Shown: piece after piece, positions 1-9,252 of the stretch
Layout: every line of letters starts with the position of its first letter
Numbering within the stretch: position 1 is the first letter of the stretch
DNA from: an uncultured Candidatus Peribacteria bacterium
GTDB lineage: Bacteria; Patescibacteriota; Gracilibacteria; BD1-5; JAGOOR01
Assembly (NCBI GenBank): GCA_964456455.1
Contig: CAYVZT010000002.1
Span: 1-35,422 of the forward strand
Length of the DNA stretch: 35,422 nt
Direction of reading: 5' to 3'
Notes under the pieces: generated by a model
The model's input: only the letters and a program-made list of their open reading frames with translations
Database searches by the model: none
What the model was told of the DNA's origin: nothing
Program-made: the position numbers and the translations under genes

Positions 1-66
1 CAAATGGGGAGGACTGTAAATCCTTTGCTTCTAGCTTCGGGGGTTCGAATCCCTCCCGGCCCACCA
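1..66 (+). tRNA. tRNA-Tyr: tRNA-Tyr (anticodon GTA), 5' part cut off by the window edge
   Basis: Anticodon stem gagga(9-13)/tcctt(21-25). 7-nt loop ctGTAaa with anticodon at 16-18. Long variable arm (26-38), typical of bacterial tRNA-Tyr. T-arm ggggg-ttcgaat-ccctc (39-55). Acceptor 3' strand, discriminator A and an encoded CCA ending at 66. Confidence 0.85.
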
Positions 67-80
67 TTTGCAATCATCAG

Positions 81-108
81 AAAAACTCTCACATACGTGA
101 GAGTTTTT
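81..108 (+). terminator. Intrinsic terminator after tRNA-Tyr
   Basis: Perfect 12-bp hairpin aaaaactctcac/gtgagagttttt with loop atac, running into a T-tract. Confidence 0.7.
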
Positions 109-185
109 TGGTTGTCCGTTCGGGATTTCCTTACTCGGAGTGAGATTCACTCACTCCTCCCCCGCGCCCATCATTTGCAACACTT

Positions 186-218
186 AAAATCTCTTCTTTT
201 TCTGAAGAGATTTTTTTG
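186..218 (+). terminator. Second intrinsic terminator, part of a degenerate duplicate of the tRNA 3' end plus terminator unit
   Basis: Hairpin atctcttc(189-196)/gaagagat(204-211) followed by a T7 run. Confidence 0.6.
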
Positions 219-291
219 TTTCTCAATTCGATTTTCCAGGAACAATACAGTCTCCAGAAAACAAAATAGAATTTAGAGGGTTTTGCTTATA

Positions 292-2097
292 ATGCACTTT
301 ATGGCTCAAAAAATCTCCATAAAAAACCTCATCTCCACAGCACGATGGACCGTCAAACACGGTTTTCGCGAAGCTCCATGGTGGTATACGGGTATGATAC
401 TCTCACACGCCGGTACTGCTCTCTTCCCTATATTTCAGGCCTATACGATGGCGAGCGTGCTGGCACTCGTGGTCCAATCAATCAGTGTTCACATGGTCGT
501 ACCGCACCTCTGGTGGGCGATGGTATGATATGGTATCGCGACTCTCCTGATGCGACTTTCAGGATCTCTATCTCAATTTTTCTGGATGCGGATGAGATAT
601 GTCTCAGATAATGCTATCTATGGGAATTTTCTAAAGCGAATGGCTGAGATAGATATCCCCTATCATGAAGATCCAACATTTCAATCGACTGTAAAAAGAG
701 TCGAAGATGCTCTTGCATGGCGTGTCATGGGTATGCTGACAAACGTCTCGATGCTCGTCACCAATGCCATCGGTGCACTGACGATGATAGGAATACTTCT
801 GAAGCTCGACTGGTGGGTGCTTTTGGCTGTCCTAGCGCCAATTATTATCGATTATCTTATCAATACACATTTTGGCTCTGACATCTGGGGAATCTGGATG
901 TATAAGGGGGACGAGAGAAAAGAGGCTGATCATGCACTCGACGGATTCAAACACAAAGAAATCGTCCAAGAAGCAAAAATCTATGGATTTGGTCATTATC
1001 TGGCAAAGAAATATAATGATGCGAATCGTTCATTTATCGCGGCTGTCGTCGGAAAGATTAATAAAAAATATTTCTGGCTCACAGGAAACTCTATTATATC
1101 CGTCGGGATTTCTCTCGGTATACAGGTACTCCTTATTTTAAAAACTATCGCTGGTACCATCACCCTGCAAAGCTATGTTTTCTATGTTCAGAGCTTACAA
1201 CAGATAGCAGGACTTTTTCAGACAATACAGAACAATATTTCTGAACTCTACGAATATGGTCTCTATGTCCTCGATGCAAAAAATCTCTTCGAACTCACAG
1301 ACAAAATCGATAAAAGTAAAAGCACAACACTTATCGAGGATGCTCCGCCAACAATCGAATTCCGAGATGTGAGCTTCTCTTACCCGAGCTCTGAATCTCC
1401 TGTTATCGAGCATCTCTCCTTTACTATCAGACCAGGCGAACGTATCGCTCTCGTCGGAGAAAATGGAGCCGGGAAAAGTACTATTATCAAACTCTTGGCA
1501 CGTTTTTATGATGTCACTTCTGGTGAAATACTCGTGAATGGTGTGAATATAAAAGAAGTAAATCTCTCAAGTTACTACAAGCTCTGGGGAGTCCTCTTCC
1601 AATACTTCGCTCGATACTGGTTTACCGCACGAGAAAATATCGCTCTCGGAAATCTCGATTTCATCAATGACAATGAACGTCTCAAAAAAGCCATAGAAAA
1701 AGGTGATGCACGAGAACTCATCGATGGATTACCAAAAAAAGAAAATACCATGCTCTCGACGGATTTTCCACAAGGAGTCGATCTCTCCGGTGGTGGATGG
1801 CAGAAGATCGGTATCGCTCGTGGTATGTTTGCTGAGCCACGTCTCATCGTCCTCGATGAACCAACGAGTGCACTCGATGCACTAGCCGAAGCTCGTGTCT
1901 TTGAGCATATTCATACAGTTGCTGAAGGTATGACGATGCTCATGGTCTCTCATAGATTTTCTACTGTGCGAAAGGCAGACCGCATTATCGTCCTTGAGCA
2001 TGGCCGTATCGTCGAGCACGGGACGCATGATGAACTCATGACGAAGAATGGTCTCTACCATGAAATGTTTGAGACGCAGGCTGAGGGCTATCGATAG
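292..2097 (+). CDS. ABC transporter, fused permease/ATP-binding exporter (MsbA/multidrug-type)
   Basis: Track fragments 283..528 and 550..2097 share a frame and are separated only by TGA 526-528. The N-terminal half has several hydrophobic helices. Walker A GENGAGKST, signature LSGGGWQK, Walker B LIVLDEPTSALD. The start could instead be ATG 301, which lies 7 nt after a TATAAT at 288-293. Confidence 0.85.
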
Positions 2098-2099
2098 AA

Positions 2100-3239
2100 C
2101 TAGTGCTCTATGAGGACATACTGGTGATCGAATCGTTCGACCATTTCTTTCCAGAGTTTCCAGGAGATTTTGAGTTCTTTTTGTATACTGAGGCATTCGA
2201 GCTTTTTTAGACTCACCATGACATCAGCCTTTTTCTCCTGGAGGAGGTCACGATAGATCTGGAGCTGTCTGTGGAGCTCATCGACCTTTCTCTCAAATTC
2301 GCTTGCTACATGCTCAAATCTGGCTGCTATATTCTCTCTCATCGGCATATCTGGTAATTTTTCTCGGAGTGTTTCTATGATCATCTTGAGGTCTTTTTGC
2401 ATGAGATTGGAACGAATCACGAGACCATCTTTACTCCTGAGATTCTTGGCGAGGTGGAGCTTTTCGAGCATCCAGATCAGCCATTTCGTCGGGTCAAAGT
2501 GATACCACGAAATACCATTTCGATAATCATTTGGAAAGGCATGGTGATAGTTATGATATCCTTCTCCGAAAGTAAAAAATGCGAGGATAAAATTATCAAC
2601 CGCTGTGAGCTCTTTGGCATAAGTCTTTGATCCCCATGTATGAGCGAGAGAGTTGATAAAAAACATAGAATGATGAAACACAAACATCCAGGCCAAAAGG
2701 CACAGATACATACTTGATTTCCAATCAGTCAAATAAGCCATGAAAAATACAATCAAAATATTTATATTTATAGCTATTTGGTGGTAATATTTATGCTGAA
2801 TTCGTACCCATTTACTCGCCCAGAGATCAGGGATTTTTGCCGGATCCATAGCAGGACGCCTCAGGAGAAACCATCCCATATGGGCGAAGAAAAATCATCG
2901 CTTGATACTATAGGGATCTTCCATGGTATCTGTTTTGGCATGGTGTATACGGTGATCGTACGACCATGTCGCAGCAGAGCCAGCAAATCAGAGACAGCCG
3001 AGAAGGAGATATATGATTTCTATAACTGGATGTGCTTGGTATGTACGGTGTGAGAAGAACCTATGATATCCAGCTGTGATAGCTATAGCAGCAATAGTGT
3101 AGAGGAAACAACCGACAAAAAACGCTGTCCAACTCCAGGCACTAGAGAAGAAATATATGGGTGTCATGATGAGAAATCATCCATGCATGACGAGGATAAA
3201 TCCTATACTAGTCCAGTCATAACGAGAAACTGTTTTCAT
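2100..3239 (-). CDS. Acyl-CoA/acyl-lipid delta-9-type fatty acid desaturase with a C-terminal helical extension
   Basis: Three His boxes are present: HRFFSH, HRIHHAKTD and HNYHHAFPNDY. The N-terminal third is recovered only by reading three TGAs as Gly, for example KR-G-FFFAHMGW at 2895-2897. Ends in TAG. Confidence 0.85.
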
Positions 3240-3332
3240 GTCCAGAAGTATACAACTCTCGCATCCGTACTCAATAAAAAAGGCTTGCTCCGAGGAGAAA
3301 ATAGAGGAGAAATAATTCCAACGCAATGATTA

Positions 3333-4172
3333 TTATCCAAGCTCATTATTGCATGCTACAATTCTCCCACCGCAAAAGGTTTGTCCGGAATGTTCGGCAT
3401 ATAAAAAATCATTTCATCAAGGTAAAGGTGATTCAAATTTCAAACGTGAAACAGGATATAGCCTCTTTGCTATGTCAGAAATTAGTTGCCTTTTTATTCA
3501 ATTAATACCAAAAACACCTATTCATATTTCATTATTCATGAGATACAGCAATGCTCAAAGTGCTTCTTCCCTTGATATAAAGGTTCTATGTACTCATTCA
3601 GGAACAATTATTGGATCTTTATCTAACGTTTTCGACCACCTGTCAACCAAAAATTTTTCTGAAGGAACAATATTAAAAAATCGAATTATACGACTTCTTG
3701 AACGTCTCAAAATTTGCTCAGATAAAAATTTTGTTCTACCGTAGACATTGAAAGAAGTACAAGACATAGAACTCGATGCAAAAATAATTGTTGTATCGGG
3801 AGATGCGACATCGGATACATATTGTGTTGCAAAAGTATTATGTGCTAAAGCTTCTTTAACGTTATTTTCACACCATGGAACGCTCGTTTTAGCTGCTAAG
3901 TGAACTATAATTTGGGGATTAAATGTTCTTATAACTTGGGAAACTTGTTGTTTGTTTGCCACATCCATGCATTCACAGCCCTCGTTTCATAAACGATTTG
4001 TTGGTAAACAATTAATATTTAATTCCCTTAATTTACGAACCAATGCTCCACCAACAGATCCTGAGGCACCAGTAACCAAAATTCTCTTTCATAGCAAATT
4101 CGAAGTGTCTACTTGGAGTAATTCTGGAAATTCTTGACGGTCTAATATGGTCTCTAGAAATTGCTGCTCCAT
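3333..4172 (-). CDS. NAD-dependent epimerase/dehydratase (extended SDR) family protein
   Basis: Rossmann motif VTGASGSVGGALV and catalytic YGRTK. Continuous only with about 8 TGAs read as Gly. Ends in TAA at 3333-3335. The start is 6 nt downstream of the preceding gene's stop. Confidence 0.75.
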
Positions 4173-4177
4173 AGATT

Positions 4178-4579
4178 TTAATCGACAATAATATCACTAA
4201 AATCATCCCGTTTACCGTCCTTCAAATACTCATGAAGAGCATTGCGCGTGGCGAGAAGTGCGAGCACTTGAGCGCGCTGACGACGAGGAGAGACAGTAAT
4301 ACCTGTATCACGAATAATAGATGATTGATCCCAGGAAAACAGAGTCTCAAAATCGACACCCTGAACGATATCCCCAAAAAGTCCCGAACAGGCTATCGTA
4401 ATCATCGATGCTTTTCCTGTAAATGACCATTTTTTGATACTCTTATTTTCAATCTCCATAAATACCTCAATATCATCTCCACAGACACGATTATGCTCCG
4501 TGTATCTGATAGAAGCATCAGGGATTTCACCCATATGTTGGGGGTTTGTCGCGTAAAAATGTATCGTCTCTGATTGCAT
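4178..4579 (-). CDS. SufU/IscU-like Fe-S cluster scaffold domain protein (divergent)
   Basis: NifU_N-like pattern: NPQHMGEIPDA...NRVCGDDIEVFMEI...FTGKASMITIACSG. The third conserved Cys appears to be replaced (RRQRAQVLALLA), so function is uncertain. Confidence 0.6.
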   Translation of the reverse strand: MQSETIHFYATNPQHMGEIPDASIRYTEHNRVCGDDIEVFMEIENKSIKKWSFTGKASMITIACSGLFGDIVQGVDFETLFSWDQSSIIRDTGITVSPRRQRAQVLALLATRNALHEYLKDGKRDDFSDIIVD

Positions 4580-4681
4580 GAATAGATTATGTTACGAATA
4601 AAACATCTGTCAATACTTTCCATGTCTGAAAAGAGGGGTCAGGATTTGGAAACAGAAGAGAAAATATGGTAGTTTATACCC

Positions 4682-5584
4682 ATGACTGAGACTAATTTCA
4701 ATTCTACAACCGAAAAGGCTGACATCAGCGCGTATGAAAATACAGACCTTTCACAGCTCAACGCTCAAGTAGATGATACAAAACCAACTGAAGAGCGATT
4801 GGAGAAATTTCTCATACGAGTCGTTTTTACGGCAAAGGTCTTTGCCTGGATAGGCATATTTGCAGTGATTCTTTTGGGTCTCTACGGGTGGACTCGTAGT
4901 CAAAAACAAGATTCTTGGCTTATGAATCTCCCTCTCAGTATCGCTGGAAGCCCTGCTTGTACCTGGATGAACCGTGGATATGACGTAGGACTCAGAAAAG
5001 ACAGTGCTTTCCGAGACTATCTCACCAGTAAGTGAAAGACTTCTCTTGCTGACTTTATAGATAATGGACGTTGTCTCGCTCCTGATAGTATCACGACATG
5101 GCTTGAACTAGAAAAATCTCTCGCAAGTGATGAGCTTGCAAAGGCTTATGAAAAAATCATACCAAAGAAATTTCTCGGCACGACAGTGACTTCATCTCCT
5201 GAGCTCGATGTCATAGCAAGCCTGGCTCCATCTCATCGTATGCAACATGATGTTGTCCTACAGCTCATATCCGACACAACAGAAAGACTTTCTGAATCTG
5301 GAGCACGTATCACATGTCAGCAAGTACGATTTAGCGATTTAACTGCTGAGGCTCAGTGCCAAGTGACCACAAAAGCACCAATTCAACCGCGATCCAAAGC
5401 TATAGATTTTGTTAAATCTCTCAGCAATACTTCATCACTTCTCGTGATCTACCCGAGTATGCTCGATATGAGACTCGATGAGAAGACAAATTTTCTCACA
5501 ACAGAATTTAGTGTCCGAATGACCTATATACCATCAAGATACGAAGCGAATCAAATCAAAAAACTCACCTATGACAAACGATAA
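4682..5584 (+). CDS. Membrane-anchored protein, possible PilN/PilO-like pilus assembly component
   Basis: Fragments 4682..5035 and 5186..5584 share a frame and join across TGA 5033-5035 with no TAA/TAG between them. One TM helix (VVFTAKVFAWIGIFAVILLGLYGW). Sits directly upstream of pilB/pilC. Confidence 0.55.
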
Positions 5585-6836
5585 TCCTATCATTAATCTG
5601 AGAAATAGAGCCATAACATGGATCTCTATCGCTGTTGTATCACTCATCGGTGCATGGTGGATATTCACATTTTTTGGAGGTGCCAGCTCTCCTGAGATGC
5701 AGCATATACAAGAACTCAAAACAACACTTGAGCTCATAAAAAAAGAAGGTGCCATAACAACAAAAAACTGGGACGAGCTCACTGCAGAAGAAAGAAAAAC
5801 AGAAAGATGGAATACGATGACACGTCTTTCACCAACCATCCAAAAACTAGCGGGCATTTGAACACCGTCAGCTGGAAAGAATATCGTAACCATGAAAAAT
5901 ATCAGTACGAAGGTCGGAAGTGAAAATTACATTCCTTGGCTCGAAAAATCATGGACTGGTGATGCAGAAACATTTTTAACAAAAACACAATCTGACATCG
6001 CAGAAGTTATCCCTGTATTCACGGGTATATCCGAAGCGAATAGCACTCAGGATATCGCTGGTAAAATCACTCTCAAATCACTCAACGACTATATACAAAC
6101 AAATATTGTAGAAAAATATGGCCTCGCCAATGCATTTGGCCAGATAGGTATAGATCGTGTCAAATTCATGGAAGAAGCGCCAGAGGTATGAGTCTATGAT
6201 ATACCTCTCCGATTTGAAAAAGTACCAAATGAAAACGTCATCAATCTCCTCCAATTTCTCGGTAAAACCGGTGGTGTCAGAATCACAGAATCAGGAAAAA
6301 ATATCACTCTCGAACACATGAATCAAGAGCCCATAAAAACATCTGATGGAAGTCAGTCATCTCTCAAAAATCTCCTCATCACGGTCAAAGACATGAACAT
6401 CGCACCGACACGTCTCGACAATCAAGATGAAAAAAACATAAACATCAGCACCAAAACAAAAGGTCTCTGGGATGTAAACATCACACTTCAGTTCTATATA
6501 CGAGGTGTAAGTCGAGATCATATCGCAACTCTTGATGCGACTATCCTCTCTCTCCTAGACAAGGGTGGGTCAAAAAATTCTCTGATGGCTCAATGAAATA
6601 TGCTTCTCAAAGCATGTAATGGATGCTCTGAAGCTCCTCAGATCCGTGACATCATACACCTCCTTGAGCAAGCTCGTAGTGCTTATGATAGTTTTGTACT
6701 TGAGGAACGTGATCCAAAGAAAAACTTCTCTCCAATAGATGTCCTCCAGCACCGCACTGATCTCATGACAACACTTGAGACACTCCAACAAAAGCTCAAA
6801 ACTATGACTGCGCTTATCACCCCTTCTTCTGTCTAA
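5571..6836 (+). CDS. Membrane-anchored PilO-like pilus assembly protein (fusion of four track fragments)
   Basis: Fragments 5571.., 5892.., 6318.. and 6600.. are all in one frame, separated only by TGA at 5859-5861, 6189-6191 and 6594-6596. N-terminal TM helix. PilO-like segment IPLRFEKVPNENVINLLQFLGKTG. Its TAA lies 1 nt before the pilB ATG. Confidence 0.55.
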
Positions 6837-6837
6837 T

Positions 6838-8097
6838 ATGGCTTCTCTCGAAATACTTAAACAGGCAATATTCACGGGTGAAGACCCGGCGAAGGTGTGT
6901 GACCTCATGATTGTGGTCGCTATCGAAGCGCACGCATCAGATATACATCTCGAACCTCTCAATGATAAAGTACGTCTTCGTTATCGTGTTGATGGCGTCC
7001 TCACAGAAGTACTCGAATATCCCACCGTCAACCACCCTCAAATCGTCGCTCGATACAAAATCCTCGGTAATCTCAAGATGGACGAGACGCGTAAGCCTCA
7101 AGATGGACGTATCTCTCACGAGGTCGGTGATAAGGCATTTGATCTCCGTCTCTCTACTCTCCCTACTGTCCACGGAGAAAAGATAGTGATGCGTATCGTC
7201 GACAAGACAAAAAAAATCCCCGATCTCGAAAAACTCGGTCTCGAAGGAAAAAATAATGACATCATCAACCGTGCCATAGAACAGCCAAATGGCATCATCC
7301 TCAACTCAGGTCCTACTGGTTCTGGTAAATCGACGACGCTCTATGCGATCATGAAAAAACTCAACCAACCAAAGGTCAATATCATGACATTCGAAGATCC
7401 AGTCGAAATCGTGGTGGATGGGCTCAATCAGAGTCAGATTTTCCCAGATATCGGATATACATTTGCGACTGGTCTCCGTACCGCTCTCCGTCAGGATCCT
7501 GATATCATGATGGTCGGAGAAATCCGAGACCAGGAAACAGCCGATGTTGCTATCGAAGCATCTCTCACGGGTCACCTCGTACTCTCTACTATCCATACAA
7601 ATTCTGCCGCAGAAACGCTCACACGTCTCATCAATCTCGGAGTAAAAACATTTTTGCTTCCTGCAACAATCAATGCTATCATCGCTCAGCGTCTCGTACG
7701 ACGTATCAATCCAGAAAAGGCAAAACGAATCTCATTCTCAGAACTCGATATCAACCTCCAACAACGAGTCAAAAGTGTCATCGCGACGACTCCAAAAGAA
7801 GAAATCCGTGTTCGACTTACCGATGCTATCATGAAAGATCCAGGATTTCTCATCCCTGATATGACAAAAGTGGCGAATCCAGACCAAGCATACGAAGGAC
7901 GAATCGCTCTCTATGAAGTCATGGAAATTACTGCTGGAATCAAAGACATGATTATGCGTGAGGCTCCTGCGAGAGATATTTTTGGTGCAGCAGTACGTGA
8001 CGGAATGATCTCTCTCGAACAAGACGGTATTATCCGTGCTCTCCAATGAGTGACTACGCTCGAAGAAGTCTATGGTGCAGTAAGACAAGAGGTTTAA
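6838..8097 (+). CDS. pilB: Type IV pilus assembly ATPase PilB / GspE family
   Basis: Walker A GPTGSGKST, Walker B DPDIMMVGEIRD, His box TGHLVLSTIHTN, GspE N2-type LRLSTLPTVHGEKIVMRI. Reading TGA 8047-8049 as Gly restores the family C-terminus LQ-G-VTTLEEVYGAV. TAA at 8095-8097. Confidence 0.9.
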
Positions 8098-8109
8098 TAA
8101 TTATTTTTC

Positions 8110-9252
8110 ATGAGCAATCAAATCATCATTCTCTCCGAAAAATTTGAAGCACCAAAGTCAAAAATTCAAAAAACATGGTGGGAAGCTATCAATGATGCTA
8201 TTTTGACGAACCAAAAAGTACGACTCAAGGATAAAGTCACTTTTTACCGACTCCTCGCCACGATGGTGAATGCAGGTCTCACTGTCCTCCAAGCCCTGAA
8301 AGTCCTCCGTGATGAACAAAAAAATCCTGTCATGAAAAAAGTGCAGGATGCCATGATACAAGATATTCACTCTGGTCATAATCTCTCTGCAACACTTAAG
8401 ATGTTTCCAAAAAGCTTTTCTGATTCAGAAATAGCGATGATAGAATCGGGTGAAAAAACTGGCAAGCTCAATGTCGCCCTCCTCCAGCTCGCCGTACAAA
8501 TAGAAAAACTCTCTTCTCTTTCAAAGAAACTCATCGGAGCTCTCATATATCCAGCTCTTATCATCTGTGTCATGGTTGGTGTGGTATTTGTACTCATGTG
8601 GCAAGTGGTACCAAAATTGATTGGTATTTTCGCAGATTTTGGAGGCCTTCCCCCAGCGACTCAGATGCTTGTAGCAGCGAGTAATTTTGTCCAAAATTTC
8701 TGGTATCTCTTTTTTATACTTCCTTTTGCTCTCATCAGTTCATGGACAGCATGGAGAAAAACAGAACACGGACGGTATATGACGGATAAATTTCTCCTCA
8801 TGATACCTGGTGTCGGTACACTGTTACAAAAAATCATCGTCTCTCGTTTTGCTCGACTCCTCGCGAGTCTCATGAGTAGTGGAGTCTCTATCGTCGAAGC
8901 TCTCCGAATTATCTCGGGGGCAGTCGGAAATGAAGTGTATCGTCAGCGTATTCTCCTCCTCCGTGATGATGTCACTCGTGGTATCACGATGGGAAAATCC
9001 CTCGAAAACGACCCCCTCTTCCCTGATATGGTTACCCAGATGATCAAAGTAGGAGAAGAAACAGCCAAAATCGACCAAATCATCATCAAAGTAGCAGATT
9101 TTTACGATGAAGAAGTGGATGGTGCCGTGAGTTCCATCAATAAAATCATTGAACCCGTGATCATCGTCACCATGGCGGTATTTGTCGGCCTCATCGCCTA
9201 CGCTATCATGAGTCCTATCATGCAGCTCTCTGACGTGATTAGTCAGCAATAA
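8110..9252 (+). CDS. pilC: Type IV pilus platform protein PilC (GspF family)
   Basis: Two GspF-type repeats with three TM segments. Typical motifs: LATMVNAGLTVLQAL, FARLLASLMSSGVSIVEAL, MIKVGEETAKID. No internal TGA. Confidence 0.9.
   Translation: MSNQIIILSEKFEAPKSKIQKTWWEAINDAILTNQKVRLKDKVTFYRLLATMVNAGLTVLQALKVLRDEQKNPVMKKVQDAMIQDIHSGHNLSATLKMFPKSFSDSEIAMIESGEKTGKLNVALLQLAVQIEKLSSLSKKLIGALIYPALIICVMVGVVFVLMWQVVPKLIGIFADFGGLPPATQMLVAASNFVQNFWYLFFILPFALISSWTAWRKTEHGRYMTDKFLLMIPGVGTLLQKIIVSRFARLLASLMSSGVSIVEALRIISGAVGNEVYRQRILLLRDDVTRGITMGKSLENDPLFPDMVTQMIKVGEETAKIDQIIIKVADFYDEEVDGAVSSINKIIEPVIIVTMAVFVGLIAYAIMSPIMQLSDVISQQ

Noticed and set aside
109-176. A possible second tRNA gene, because of a tRNA-like 3' end (…cgcgcccatca) and a hairpin.
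   Set aside because: No acceptor-stem complement, D-arm or 7-nt anticodon loop can be drawn, and the hairpin loop is only 5 nt. It is better explained as a degenerate duplicate of the tRNA-Tyr 3' region.
4-276. 90-aa ORF at the window start.
   Set aside because: It reads through the tRNA-Tyr gene and two intrinsic terminators, so it is not plausible coding sequence.
3349-3744. Plus-strand 131-aa ORF. Similar cases at 12943..13269, 13945..14184, 26134..26397 and 29147..29506.
   Set aside because: Each lies antisense to a better-supported gene that has recognisable family motifs once TGA is read as Gly.
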